Source: Chiloscyllium plagiosum (Eukaryota). From it: a stretch of 62,876 nucleotides of DNA. Positions within the stretch are counted from its first letter, which is position 1, and every line of letters starts with the position of its first letter. This document shows, one piece after another, positions 23,926 to 38,076 of the stretch. The stretch covers positions 61,420,301-61,483,176 of the forward strand of contig NC_057718.1 of the NCBI RefSeq assembly GCF_004010195.1. The letters are read 5' to 3'. The notes under the pieces were generated by a model. That model saw only the letters and a program-made list of their open reading frames with translations. It was not told where the DNA came from and made no database searches. A program made the translations under genes and the position numbers.

Positions 23926-25904
23926 AGGAAACTGATTTTATATTTCATCTTTCTCTGATAGTAGCAAATATATATGAGCAGACTTTAACTTCCATCTGTT
24001 TCTTATACCTAAGAACTTACATGGACTAAAAGGGTTGTCATGGTTACCTGACTACAGATTGAGGCAAATCCAGGAGACATATGTAAAATAAGCAAAGCCA
24101 TCTGTATTGACACTGAAACCAGGTAACTGAGTCAGCATTAAGAAATTCACAACTCCTGTTTTAATTCACACTTGTATGATAATTTCACATATTGGACAAG
24201 AAATATTGCATGTGGTTTGTCAAACATGAAGTGACAATGAAGCTGGATTTGAAAATTCTCACATGAGCCCTATTTCAGCAGCTGCATTTGAGTAACAGCT
24301 GAGAGAAGGAATATATCTTGGAATACAGTACCTGGTAAAAAGAAAATTAACTAAGAACTCAAAGATATCAACAAACTCCACCAATCCTAAGTTTGCTAGT
24401 TAGTAATTCAACAACTGTGGCCTCAGGTTAAAACTCTAATACCTCAAGGACCTGAAAGATTGTGTAGCTTTTATTCTACTTATCCACACTAGGCACTTTC
24501 CCCTTTAACAATTTCCACTTGAGTGTGTTTGTTGTCCCTGTTCTTTTTTTGCTCAGGGTTAATAGGGTATTTTTTAATTCAAGGAGACCTTGTAAATAGC
24601 TTCTTCATTTTTATCTAGTTAACTACATTTTTTAATTTACATGTGATTTGGCTGCATGTTAACTAAAGGAGATATTTATTATGACTGACTGAGAGGAATT
24701 TACGCAAAAAGGAAATCAAATCACCTTCTCTCATCTGGTCGTAACACATTTGGGGTCTTGATCACAATATTCCCCAAGCGAAGATGCTGCAAATAGCACA
24801 AAGTCACACGGGTTGGAGCACAATCTTGTAATGCATCATGCCTGATAATCTTTCATTAATTAAATGGAGAATATTCCAACATATGCCTTTACAGATACGC
24901 TTTCTGAGCCACCTTTCTGATATCTACTGTGCCCAGTCGATCCAGTAAGTCTGACACAGGTTTGTAAAATTTTCTTCCTGTATGTTTATGACACCAGGTA
25001 AAATGAGGAAACAGAGGTAAAAGTTCACAATATGTGGGAACAGGAGAAGACAGTGGGTAATGTGGGAACATTTAAATTTTCAATTTGTTAATGTTACAGT
25101 GATGTCATATAAATAGCCTAACATTCACACTGTCAAGATCCTGGATGATTATCCCGAAATCCCCCACTGACTCAACCCAATTTAATGGGAAGGAGTTAAA
25201 TCAACATCATTAGCCACCGTGTTTTGAACGACTGCTAAGTGAACAGGCAATCTATTTTCAAGTCATGCTGGCTGTCAGGTTTCTAAAAAATTGTAAATGA
25301 AGGTGAAAATTAAATGGTGCCTCCAGCCTTAGCAGGTCATTGCGTTGAAGGTATGGCACGCCTTTGTTGGAATGGTTTGACAGACTGATACTGTGTGATA
25401 AAAGAGATTACCTTCCTACAGGCTTGATTAAAGTGTACAGAATTCAAAAGGTAAAACTGTAAACCTCATTTGTATATTAGAAACTTGCCATCAAATGAAA
25501 TTCTAGCTAAAGCAAGGTGATTTTTCATTTCTACAAGAAGAAAATATTCCACTTGCTGGAAACACAAAATAGGAACAGAAAGCATTGAAAATTCACAGCA
25601 GGGCTGGTTCTAGAGACTGAAATAAAAGTTAACATTCAGGTCTGTGACCTTTCAATAGAATTTATTCTGATATTAACTTGCAATCCTTTTTAGACATTTT
25701 TCTCAAACACTTTATTGTCCTATTTCTCTCATTTTAACTAATTCCCCCCAAGTTCTGAAAGAAACAAGTATCTTTAAATTAAAGTTTCATGTTATAATAT
25801 ATACAATGTGTTCACAGTGTGGAGAAATAACACATATATTGGGATTATTTGAAAGTAATTTAGTTAAACTGTACAGCAAACTAAAACTTACATGATAATT
25901 GGTG

Positions 25905-27003
25905 TTGAGGTCAAACTGAGATTAGCCATGACTGTATTAAATGGCTGAGCAGGCTTGAAGGGCCGAGTTTCTCACTCCTGCTCTTAATTCTTCTGTTCTT
26001 ATGATTAAACAAAATGCATATGACACAGTGGCGATGCTAGGACAAAAGTTGAATACTCATCAATTGTTTCAACAGCGGATTAGGTATATTAAACTGAAAC
26101 TACAAGCAGCAAGACATGGTAGGATAACAAACTATCCTTGCATCTCTGCAATCTGCTTTCCAATCTATTATAGTCAGATAGAATAAAAATCCCTTTTCTC
26201 TGCTAGCTGTAAGAGTTCTATATGAAATCAGTTTGGACAGGCAAAAAGCCAGTTTTTTGCTAGGCATGTGCCCACAGCATGACATTTTGACTATTTTGGC
26301 TCTAATTGGACCGAAACACAATTTCACCCAGTGAGGCCACAAAGATGTGCAATGGATGTTTTCATTCAGAACTGTGGTTAAGGAACATTGTTATAGAGTA
26401 CAGAGAGCTCCATTTTGCACTTAAAGTTTGTCCTATCTGACTCAGGGTGATTATTACTGACTCTAGGTACCAAAGTATCCTGATACTGATTCATATTCTG
26501 TACTACAGAAGGGATTGCTCTTAATATATAATATGCAGTGAGTAAGAACAACCAAAGCATTCAGTTATATAACCCTTAAATGCATCATCACTCGGCCAAC
26601 TCCCAATTAACTATAAAATGGAATCCATCTCTCCCCACAAGATTTTAACAGAAATTGATTATATTCTCATTGTGACATTACTCATTCTCTTTCGGAGTGC
26701 CCACTCTTTAGAGGGGCAGGAACCTAAGGCTTGAGAGTTGATGAGTTGGAAACATTGATATAAAAAAGAAAGTCAATAGAACATTATTTATTGTAAGGAG
26801 AACTGAATACAAAAAATAGGGAGTCTATGCTTCAGTCATTCAGGGATGGTAGACAAATTCTTAAATAAACAATGGTTTGAAAATTTATGAGGGGTAGATG
26901 GGAAGGTGGAGAAATCAGATTAGTTGTGATGTTAGTGAATGATGGTGTATGCTCAAGGGACTGTCTAATTTCCTCCTGCTCCACTTCATATGTTCCTATG
27001 TTC
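25905..27003 (+). mobile_element. Old CR1 tail fragments (25905-26005 and 26755-27003)
   Basis: gattagccatgactgtattaaatggctgagcaggcttgaagggc...ctcctgctc tail motif occurs twice. Confidence 0.6.
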
Positions 27004-27373
27004 CAGCAACAGACCCAGGGGAACTGGATTGGGAAAGAGTCTGGTTAAGCATTTTTTTGTGGGTTCTTTGGGTACTGGTACAAACGCAGGCCAGATAGTT
27101 TAGCAACTATTAATATATAGCCATAATTACACTGTACATGATGGTAAGGCTGCAGAGCAGTAGGCATCACACTGTACAGAATCTGATCTCTTACTGGACT
27201 TCTGACACACAACCACTGAGATCACAGTAACATCACTGCCTATCTCAGAAGTCTGTTATATTATCATTAAACCCTATCACTATGGTGTAGCCATTAATTT
27301 AGCAAGAACAAATCCAATTTAAAGCAAATGAATGTTTAACTATCCTAAACAAGATACTGCAAACAGCACGTTT

Positions 27374-30300
27374 TGTAAAAGACAATTTTCAGAAATTGGC
27401 CAAATATTGCTTCACAGTGTTTGATTACCTCCACACAGGCCAATATCCTTTCATCGTTTAGATACATATGGAAAGTCCTTGACACTAATCAGGCTTCCTC
27501 AGAGTGAGCAGAACTCCTGATACTCCTGTTTATATCTGACAGCCAGGACCCCCTGATTGGGACAGACTAACAGCCCCAATCAGGGAAATCATGTTCTATG
27601 TGGTCCACCTGGCTGACTTCGTTACAATCTAAGGCCAAGGATATAGGCTGGTTCTTTTCTTTGTAGCTTCTCCTGGGTTGTTTTCACACTGTGTCAGGTT
27701 TCCCAATTCTGCCTCTGATACAGGAAGTGAGTAACGCACAGTAGCTTACTTCATGCACCCGGTGTGTTTTGGGAGAAATTCATTCTCTTCTTCAGGCAGC
27801 AAAGGCATTGAGTCAATCGACAACCATCATGTCCATCTCAGATTTCAAAATATCTTCACAAATACCTTCCAAATATCTTGATGGAGGGGGAGAACCCATG
27901 GGTTCCACAGCAGTTCTAAAGGCAGTTGAGAAGCCACGCACATTTTGCTACTGCACTGTTTGCAAGTTTTCAGCTTTGTCAGGACTGTTGCACCTTCTCA
28001 AACTTAGTGCCTCACTGGGCCTGACCTCACACCGAACCTCTTACCCATGCAGGACCATTTCCATGGTTTCTACACCAAATTTTGTACCTTGAAGTAAACT
28101 GTCTTGTGTTAAATTGCCCATAGTCTTAGGTGCATCAGTCAGGGGTAAATATGGGGAATGGGTCTGGGTGGGTTGCTTTTCAGAGGTCGGTGTGGACTTG
28201 ATGGGCTGGAGGGCCTGTTTCCACACTGTGGGGAATCTAACCTAATCTAATCTAATTTCTCGCTTAGTAAAGTCTTATGTCTGGCACTGGCATTCCTGAT
28301 GCAATTTCACTCTCTCCCCAGGACCATGAAGATCAGATTTAAGCTAGTGAGGAGTCTGCTCTCCATTAACAACTCTGCTGGAGCTATCATTGTAGTTTCA
28401 TGAGGGCTGCTCCGATAATTAAATTGGAACCGGGACAGTTTGGTATCTTGAAGCTGTAGGCTTTTTTTTTAAGCCTGCCTTCAAGGTTTGGATGCTATTT
28501 CTGCCAGGACATTGGATGATAGATGGTATGGAGCTGTCCTTATCTGACCAATACCATTCAACTTTAGGAAATGCTCAAATCCCCTGCTTGTAAACAATGG
28601 CCCATTATCTGTGAACAACTCTCCATTTATTGTACAAAATGCGTGCAGTTTTTCTATTGTTGTGTTTGGCAAATAAACTCTACACACATTCAGCCACATT
28701 TAGTGGACATCCACAATGACTAAGAACATTGAGCCCATGAAAGAACCTGCATAGTCAACCTGTAACTGAGTCCATTACTTTACCCAGCCATTCCCACAAA
28801 TTCAGGGGAGCAGCTGGTGGTAATTTTGTCCATGTTGACAATCTGGGCAAGCCCCACAAACGCAATTATGTCTGTGTCCAATCCTGGCCACCAGACATAA
28901 CCTTTCACCAACCTCTTCAATTTGGAAACCCTTAGATGATCCTGGTGGAATTCAGCCAATATCTGGTGGTGACCTTGGCTTGTGATAATCACCCTTGCTC
29001 CCATAATAATATGCCATCCTCTACTGTTATCTGGTCTCTCCAGGTCCAAAATGGTTTCATATTTGGTTGTGACGACCCTTTGGTTTCTACCATCACCATC
29101 AGCTGTATGAAATTTGCCAGGACCTGATCTTTCTGCATCCAAAGTCTGATAATGTCAGCTGTGACTGGGGATGTGTCCAGAAAATTAAAAACCAGTACAG
29201 ACTCTACCAATGACAGTACCACGGGTGGTGTACCTGCCAGCAGGAGGCAGCTCAATGCATCCATATTTGTTACTTGGTGCCCTGGATGGTGTTCCAACTT
29301 GCACTTAGTATTCGAGCCCACTCATGAATTCAACATGAGCAGCATTACCTTGTCCTCTCCAAGCAGACTTAGCAAGGGTTTGTGGTCAATTAATATTAAA
29401 ACTTTGTATCCATAAAGATATTGGTAGAATTTCCTGACTCCAAGTATGACCACCAATCCTTCCTTTTCTATCTGGATTTATTTATGCTTTGCATTAGCCA
29501 AGTCCTAGATGCATATGCTATTGGGTGTTTCTCTCCTCTACGTATAAGTTAATACTACCCTGAAGCTGTATGAGGAGACATTGCATGTCAATGCCAGATC
29601 ACTCTTAGGATCATTGTGTGCCAACACTTTACAGGATGATAGCTGCTTCTTTACTTCTTTGAAAGCTATGGCTTGGTTACACAACCATTTCCATAGCTGA
29701 CCCTTTCTAACAGTTGATGCAAACGTATCAGGATGGGGGCCAGGTTATGTTGAAATTTCTGAGGAAAGACCTAAGCTCCAGTACAGATATGGGAGCCAGG
29801 GCACCATTGATTGCCCTCACTTTACCTTCCAATGCGTGTAATCCAGTCTTGTCGACTCTGTGGCCCAAATAGGTCACTTGGGGTGCCTAGAACACACATT
29901 TTTCCCTTCTAAGGCATACACCCACTTGGGAGAAATGTCAAAGGACTATGCCCAAGTTCTCTAAATGCCCCTTATTGGTCTTCACTGTTATTAGCACATC
30001 ATAAATGGCAACCTACAGGTACACCCTGTAAAATGTTCTCCATTGTCCAGTGAAAAACTGCACAGGCTGACAAGACCCCAAATGGCAGTGTTGCTCTACT
30101 GGTGCAAACCCTTATTGGTATTAATTGCAGCATACTCCTGGGAATCCTCAGCTAACCACAATTGCAAGTACACATGGCTCACATCCAGTTTCATGAAGGA
30201 CAGACCCTGCCAGATTTGCGTATAAATCCTCTGTGTGAATAAGTATGTATTTATTCAGCAGTGAAAAGTGGTTCACCATTTGTTTGAAACCCCCACAAAG

Positions 30301-30990
30301 GTGAACCGACCCATCGGGCTTCGCAATCAGCTCTAATGGTGCTGCCAATTTCCTAAACTGGACTGGTTAGATGATTCCTTCACTTTCCAACCTTCTGATT
30401 TCTGCCTCCACTTTTATCTGTAAGACAAATGGCACTGGGCAGCTTAGGGACCTGTAGCTTTTCATTTATTCGGAGCCTAACTTACTCTGAGATGCCAAAT
30501 GCTAAAATCTTTCAAGAGTTGCCAGATATTGTTCAGGAACATTACAACTTCAAGCCTCCTCTAATACTAAGAAGCTATTGGTTTTGCTCAACAATTTGAG
30601 AACCGGGGATTTCATATCAGGATTTTTGACCAGGTTAAGATGACTGGCAGAGGCATGTGACTTTAGTTTAACCCTTAATTAGATGCTGAGAGACTGTTTG
30701 GTATGTGGGATTAATGTGCAACCATACAAAAGTGTCTACTAGCTGAAGCCCAACTAGACATCAAACCGGCTTCATCATTGGAAAATGTGGCAAGTAAAGC
30801 TTGTAGGTTGTAGAGTATTCCAATGGAAGTTAACACACTTGCCACTCCAACTGAGCTTGGGGAACACCACTTGACTAAAGGCAAATGCATAACCTAACTC
30901 AGGACATATCTTGAACAGAGGGACTCTGGGTCAGGTCACACACTGTCCACCTGCATCCACACTTTTGATCATTGTTTGCTCATGTTGTTG
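27374..30990 (-). mobile_element. Decayed Gypsy LTR retrotransposon (pol relic plus probable 3' LTR at 27374-27626)
   Basis: RT KPDGSVHLCG.FK; integrase zinc finger H..H...YVWWPGLD; core TDNGPLFTS..F..FLK.NGI...TAPYH.SSN.LAE; LTR begins TGTAAC on minus at 27626. Confidence 0.9.
28103..28256 (+). mobile_element. 3' half of an HE1-type SINE nested in the Gypsy
   Basis: Matches 6455-6588; (ctaat)n tail. Confidence 0.85.
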
Positions 30991-33373
30991 ATTTGTATTT
31001 ATGTTGGTACCTAGAGTAAATACATTTATCTGCTTTTACTATCCAAAGATAAAAGGCAAATAAGTATATGGAGCTTTGATTTTGAGGAACCCATTTCTAA
31101 ACTGTATGTACATAAACAAAATTAAACTTGAGCATTCTTAACAAATATTTTAATTTGTAAGGTGTCAATTGGCAGTGATTTAGGAGGTTATCTTCTGATA
31201 GAAACCTGGAAAGCATAACATTTTGCGAAATGATCAGTTACAGGGCACACTTTATGGTAATATCCTTCATCACGTGTATCTCTTATAAATACCTGAGACT
31301 ATGAAAATATCTGCGATTGTGATCATATAACGTACAGGAAGAATTTACATATTGAAATCTCTGCATTAGCATTGCTCAATAGGCATGAAGATAACTTAAG
31401 ATTTTAGTGTATGCTTATGTCCTTCGGTGTGTATCTGCAATTACTGGAGGGGAGAGTTATGTCTCATAGCAATATGCTGACATTGTGGTAAGAAATGGTT
31501 TGTTTTCAGTGAGTGGGACCCAGTATATGATCGATTGTGGAGAAGAACTTGCTGAGTTCAACATTGATCACGCACTCAACCCCATGAGTTTAAGTAAGAC
31601 AAGTTTATACTGCAACACCAGCACAATGCTTTATCCTTTTGACTTATTTGATTGGTTAGCTGTGCCATTTCTGACATGGCAGGGAGTTGTTGACACCCAT
31701 GAAGAGCAAAATAATGATGGCAATAATCAGTGATTGTAACCATGCTGGTCTTCATAGGTGTTCTTTCTATAATTCTATCAAGTAACTACTTCAGTGTGAG
31801 AGATAAGACACACAAATTATTTTCCCATTGTAAGCTCTGAACAACACGCTCATGCTCGCAGTTATCCAGCAAAATGCATTGACATTCTCAGTAAAACTTG
31901 GGTTTGGATATATAAATTGCTTTACCAATGTGCCAGAGTAAAGCTGCTGTTTTATTCTTCAGTGCAGGGTTAGAAAACAATTGCTAAGTAAACAGACAGT
32001 CTAGAGCAATAGGCCTACTTGATGAAGCTCAAACTTCAAGCATTCTCTGTTTTGATGTTTGCCAAGTGAAAAACTAATGCAACTCCAAAATTCAATATTA
32101 GAATTAATTTAACAGACTATTGCTTACATGTCTAAAATACTTGGGAATGGAGTCTGAGACACACCAGTGTACATTGCTAGCCTAAGTAGACAGTGAAGAG
32201 GCAACCAATACCCTAACTCTATTGCTTACAGAGCGAGAAAACATAAAATGAGTATCCACTATGTAACATTTCAATAGAACAATCAGCAAACAGAAGAAAA
32301 CTAACCCGAAACAATATATGGGACTTTGGTATCAGAATGATAATATCTAGTATGCTCTCAATTTTATCCCCAGCAGCAATTCAGCGAGGACATTGATATG
32401 AAATTTCTATAGTTGAAAAGGCAGAAAATTAGAAAGGGCAAAGATTTATTGCACAGTTTGATATGTTGGCAGACATATAAAATAAGTGAAGTTAAAATGA
32501 GATCCACAAATTATCAGCAGGAGAACATTGACTTACATAACATTTCTTTTTTTCCATTCCATTCTCTCTTCATCAGGTTTGTTGCCTTCAGTCCATGTGG
32601 AAAGGAATAGGTATAAAGAAAGGAGTTTGGCTCATCCAGGTCACATGTTATTCTACGACTGCTGTCGATTTCATTCCAAGTATTACTGTATGTTCCAGTT
32701 CCAACTGAAACAACCTCATTCTGGTCACAAAATGCTGGAGCTTAACTGAGTATGTTTTTTGCAGCACTTAATGTAGCTTTTAAACTGAGACTGTTTTTTA
32801 CTCAACACATGACTGCAAAGGGATGGGAAAATGTGACAGCCCAGATGAATGTTCTAATATCTGTTAGTTTCTAATTCTTTACAAATGATGTTTCAATGTT
32901 ATACCGTGATTGGCTGAAGGGGGCTGGACTTTGTCACAATGACAGAGAAATCCAAAAATACTTATGGACATATTGAGCTTTTAATTACAACTTTTTGATT
33001 TGAAAAACATGTACCTACAGCCAGACATGATAGTGAATGTTAATTTAGTAGTTGTCTGGAGCGAGATTCTGGAATGCCACACCTGATGAAGGTCAACGAA
33101 TCTTCAAAGGGATTGACTTACAAAAAAGAAAATTGCAATATAAACTGAATTGTTAGCAACTGAAAATTATCTCAGACTGTGAACATGGTGAGAGAATAGC
33201 TGACAGTTTTGTCTCTTCCCCTTTAATGAATAGCAATAACAGGGGTTAGAAGCAATTTCAACCCTTATCTGTGTGTGTGCTTGTGCAGCATGTGCTAGTG
33301 AGGTTAAGTGTTCATGTGTACCAGTTGGCTGCAGTACTTGTGTAGAAACCTAAGCCTGATTGCTAATGTGAAT

Positions 33374-33478
33374 ATTCCTGATGAAGGGCTTATGCCTGAA
33401 ACATCGAGTCTCCCCCTCCTTGGATACTGCCTGACCTGCTGTGCTTTTCCAGTGCCACACTTTTTGACATGTGTGAAT
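33374..33478 (+). mobile_element. Solo PLE pLTR module with HHR motif
   Basis: ctgatga-a-gggc-ttat-gcct-gaaacatc; flanked by the direct repeat atgtgaatat / gtgtgaatat. Confidence 0.78.
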
Positions 33479-34067
33479 ATCTACCATCTTTTCCAAGCTA
33501 CTATCATCTCTGAAGAAGAATCTCTAGATTCAAAGTATTAACTTTGTCTTTCTCTCCACAGACACCTGCTGTATTTCTCAGCAGTTTCTGTTTCTGCTGC
33601 TGATTTCAAACATCCATGGTTTTCTCATTTTATCTTATTGTGCTGTGAGGATCACATCAAGATCCACCCACGAATCAAACTCCATTGCACATGAAGTATC
33701 CTCTCACTCTCAGCGTGAGAAGCCAATCACCATCAAAGGGGAGCATGACAACTGGATTTCAGCTAACCTGCAAATCCAAGAATCCTGAAGTCAACTTTCA
33801 ACAATCAATGTTCCACCATCTACTCGTTACAGATAACCCATACAGACGGATCCATATGTCTTTTAACTTTTATATTTTTCGATTCCCTTCTCATTTTAAC
33901 CTGTTTATGTGTTGTTTCAATACTATTCCTTCTCTCATTTGACTAATCAACTCACTCTTCTGTTAACTCAAGAAAGCATGGTTAAATTGGCTCCTGTTAA
34001 TACATATATGCATTAGGTCTGGGAGAATGGTACTCACAAGGGAATAATGACTCCTTTGTAAATTAAG

Positions 34068-34266
34068 CTAAAATAACCATCATCCCAGAGGACCTTATGG
34101 TTGCGCTCTCATTACAGTGAGACAATTGGTGGTGGTTTAACTTGTGGGCCACCATGCCTCAGACAAAGGGTAATGTTGGGAAGGTGGAAACTTTATGATG
34201 ACCTCTGCTTGTACGGGAATTGAATCCATGCTGTTGGCATCACTATTCATCATAAACCAGCCATCT
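34068..34266 (-). mobile_element. tRNA-derived SINE
   Basis: Homologous to 18705-18905; B box ggattcaattccc on minus. Confidence 0.7.
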
Positions 34267-36396
34267 CTTTGGAAATGAACCTTGTTGAAATCAATTGAAG
34301 GGGCACATCATTGTGGGCCAAAGGGTCTGTTCCTGTGCTGTACCATTCTACATTCTTTGTTGAAAGCAGGGGGAAGGTTGATTGCTCCTCACCAACTTAG
34401 AAATTTGTGATTTCCTATCTGGAATCATTAAACTCAAGGAACTTCACCCAGGATTTGCTTGTAACAAATTTGGGACTCAACTGGGATCTGGTCATAAAGA
34501 GATAAATTGAACAGTATTTTTTCTGCAACTAATGTTATCATCAAGTCTTTCAATGCAGGAGAAAACCGAAGGAAGTAAAGTGGTGAGCTGTTTGGTAAAA
34601 CTGACAGTGTCAGTCAGATACTCAGATGGCTATTGCTTCACATCAACAAGACTGAGGATACATCCATTAAACCTCAGTGCAAAGGGATTGCAACTTTGCC
34701 TTTGGTGGTTGTGTGAAATAATCACCACCAATCTATTTACACCTTTCCCCACTTTCACTTTCATTGCAGGTAATGAAAATTAAAACAGAGAGAGGATGGG
34801 TCAATTTTGTTTTTAAAAAATACTAAAGCAGGTGGCCATTACGTAAAATCAACAAAAAGAAATGAAAATTGAGAGAATGTATAGCCAACATTTCTCAACA
34901 TCACCAAACATTACCCTGTAAATTTTGTTAGAATATATTTCACCATGTAACACAGGATAGTTTGCTCACCATGACATTTGATTGAATTTTTTTAAATTTT
35001 TCTAACAGTTGTCTGAATCAATCAATTTATTCAGTCAAACTTATGTTCATATACATGTCTATTCATATGTACTCTTGCATTTATCGATATCTTAGATTAA
35101 AGTAGCTCTTTCATTGTGAAACAATTGCTGTATAAATGGACCTTATGAGGCTGCACTGCTGCACGATGTAGCTCTAATTTAAAGCATCTACTGTTTTGTG
35201 GTTTGTCTATTACATTTCTTTTCAAGATGGAAAAACTGTTTAAAATCTAAATTGTCAGTGTAGTTACCCTCAAGCAAGTATTACCATCCTTTTTAACAGA
35301 CTAGCCATTATATGCCTAAACCACACTGTGATGCAGTGTTGCTGTTTACGACTCCTGAAACTCCCACTCCATATATCACCTGCCATAAAACACATCAAAC
35401 AGCTGCTAGTAAATGCTACACAGCAGTTTAACCAACAGACAGACGAATCATGTTAGACCATGCTGTGGTTAATGAGAATGAAAATGTTAGGCTTTTTATT
35501 CCCTCAATGTTTATTTGCAAGGCTATTGTTGCAAGATGGTGGTGTAATATTCTTAGTCAGAAGTACGAGACAATGCATTGTTTACTAAATGCATTGTGCA
35601 ATGAAGCACTTTGCATTAGAGACAAGTTTGCAGTCATTTCTCATCGATGTGAAAATAGTGATTAAATAAAACAAAGAAAATCACTGAAATCTCAGGCAGA
35701 CCCAAGTGCCTTTATTATTTGGTATCAGAATGCCCCAATCTGTTGGGCTTTTTGCCTTTGAGATGTGAGATAAGCAATAATATTTCAAATGTGGTGCATG
35801 TTTTTGAAAATAAATGAGGAAGTTTTTTGGAAAAAACATACAAGAAGCTAAATTATATTTTAATAACCCTGAACCTCTTTTATATGGGAAAGGAACATAT
35901 GAGAACTGTGCAAGAAAATTAGTGTTTCCAACTCCACATCATATCTTTGATGAGATGTTATCCTATCTGAGACCTCTACCAGGCCTGCAGAAGGCTGTGG
36001 TCTAGGTCAACCCACTTGATTTGATCTCTGCTATACTAACATAACTACTACTCAGTTTTCCCACAGAAGGCGTTCCCACTGAGTTTATAACTTGCTATTT
36101 GCTAACCCGGAGTGCAACCAATTGTAAGTTATTTTATTTTCCTTCCCATTTTCTATGTTTATTTCTACAGTTGGTGAATGTTTGCTTTATTTACGAATTG
36201 AAGAATGCTAGGAAATCAAATACTTCTCCATTGTTCATTCTCAATGCCAGTAGTGAATGTATCCCAGGCAAGAAAGGTATGAACAAAACTTTCTATTTGC
36301 AATGGTCAGTGTAGCATTTATTATAGCTGAATTAATTAAAACGAGATCTAATCCATTAAGTAAATCATATTCCATAGTTCAACTTCCATAGTTCAG

Positions 36397-36510
36397 CTCT
36401 TGTGGCGCAGTGGTAGTGCCCTTCCTCAATGCTGTGAAGCACGGGTTCAAGTCCCATTTGCTCTGATAGTATGGCATAAATCCCTGAACAGCTTAATCAG
36501 AAAATATCAA
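36397..36510 (+). mobile_element. Short tRNA-derived SINE head
   Basis: A box tggcgcagtgg, B box ggttcaagtccc; no full tRNA cloverleaf. Confidence 0.7.
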
Positions 36511-37547
36511 TTTGATGGTTCAGTCAACTGATATAGTCACTTATTACCTGATGAATATTACTTGAAGATAACATTTTTCTTATGATGCTGCCTTTCCTCT
36601 TTAAGTAAAATCTAATCAAGAAAAAGCACCCTCATTAATTTATTTGTTTAGCTTCCAATTTACAACCTAACTTTCCAAATGACATTGCCTGAATTTGAAC
36701 TCCAAGTATTGCTTCTTCTTTTCTAATATCCACATTTTACCTTGGGATCTGCATTCTGATTGTTAAGAGTCCAAACATTCACTTGCATTTGCACAGATTA
36801 CATTGAAAATTAATATCACCAAAAAAAGATATTTGCCTTCTTATTGCCATTCAAATGTTAACTTTAATTTTATTAGTTTTAAAAGATCTAAAATAAATAG
36901 CTTTTTCTCTGAGATATATATTCAAAAACACCCAAAAAACAGATCCAATCAGTCATGTGAATATACCTAGGATGTGAGATATCAATTTACATGTTCATCT
37001 TCCAATTTCTTTTTCAAAATGTGGTCTCATTTGCATGGGAAAGCTAAACATGCTTCAATGTGATATCTCATAATCATAATATTTCATGTATTTAACAGAT
37101 TTTGATTGTTCTATTATGCAAGTCACTCAACTCATTAACTTCTTATCTATGATTAGAGAATCTATTAGCTTTCATTCACCATTTCTATTTTCTTTCTTTT
37201 CCCTTCCAGCATTCAAAAAGCTCTAATTTGTCACACTATTTGACCAATATTCAATATTAGAGGAGCAGAAATTTCCTCTAAATGCTGGCAAATCTGAAGA
37301 CATTTTCTTCCAAACGCACCACAGTTTCAGTCCCTGAATACCAGAAGAGAGCAGAAGAGAGCAGACGATGAGGAAGGCAGAGAGGAGACAGGTGCAAGAG
37401 ACGCCAGGGGAAGTACCTGTCAGGAACAAGTTGAATCTTTTGGAAACAGTAGAGAAAGATGACACTGTCAGTCCGTGAGGTGGCCAGGTCTGTCAATCAA
37501 AAGTTGGCGTTGAGGCAGAGTGGAAGAATCGGACATCGCGCAGAGGC

Positions 37548-38051
37548 GTGGTAATAGGGGACTCCATAGTGAGAGGAACTGACCGGGGATTTTGTGGCAG
37601 CAGGCGAGACTTAAGGATGGTGTGTTGCCTTCCTGGTGCCAGGATTAAAGACACCACAGACAGAATGCAGGAAATCCTCAAGGAAGAAGGTGAAGAGCCA
37701 GAGGTGGTGGTACATGTCGGCACAAATGATGTCGGGAAGAAGAGGAAGAACATATAACAGCGGGACTTCGGAGAACTAGGAAGAAGGCTGAAAAGCAAGA
37801 TGTCCAGGGTGGTTATATCCGGTTTGCTTCCAGTTCCTCGGGCTGGAGAGGCCAGAAACAGGGAGATAATGGACTTGAACGTGTGGCTGGGGAACTGGTG
37901 CAGGAAGCAAGGATTTAAATTCTTGGATCACTGGGGTATGTTTTGTGGTAAACATAAATTCTACAAGAGAGGCGGTTTGCACCTTAATAGGTTAGGGACC
38001 AGCATTCTGGCAGGCAGGTTTGCTACTGCAACACAGCTACATTTAAACTAA
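37548..38051 (+). pseudogene. CR1 ORF1 SGNH/GDSL esterase domain (one in-frame stop at 37755)
   Basis: VIGDS, PGA, VHVGTND, GLH blocks; ORFs 37548 and 37800 are in the same frame. Confidence 0.92.
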
Positions 38052-38076
38052 GTAGCGGGGGGAGGAGACAAACTGG

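Noticed and set aside
33081..33110. cctgatgaagg motif
   Set aside because: No stem II/GAAA arrangement and no pLTR tail
36397..36470. Possible tRNA gene
   Set aside because: A and B boxes only; no acceptor stem or cloverleaf, so a SINE head
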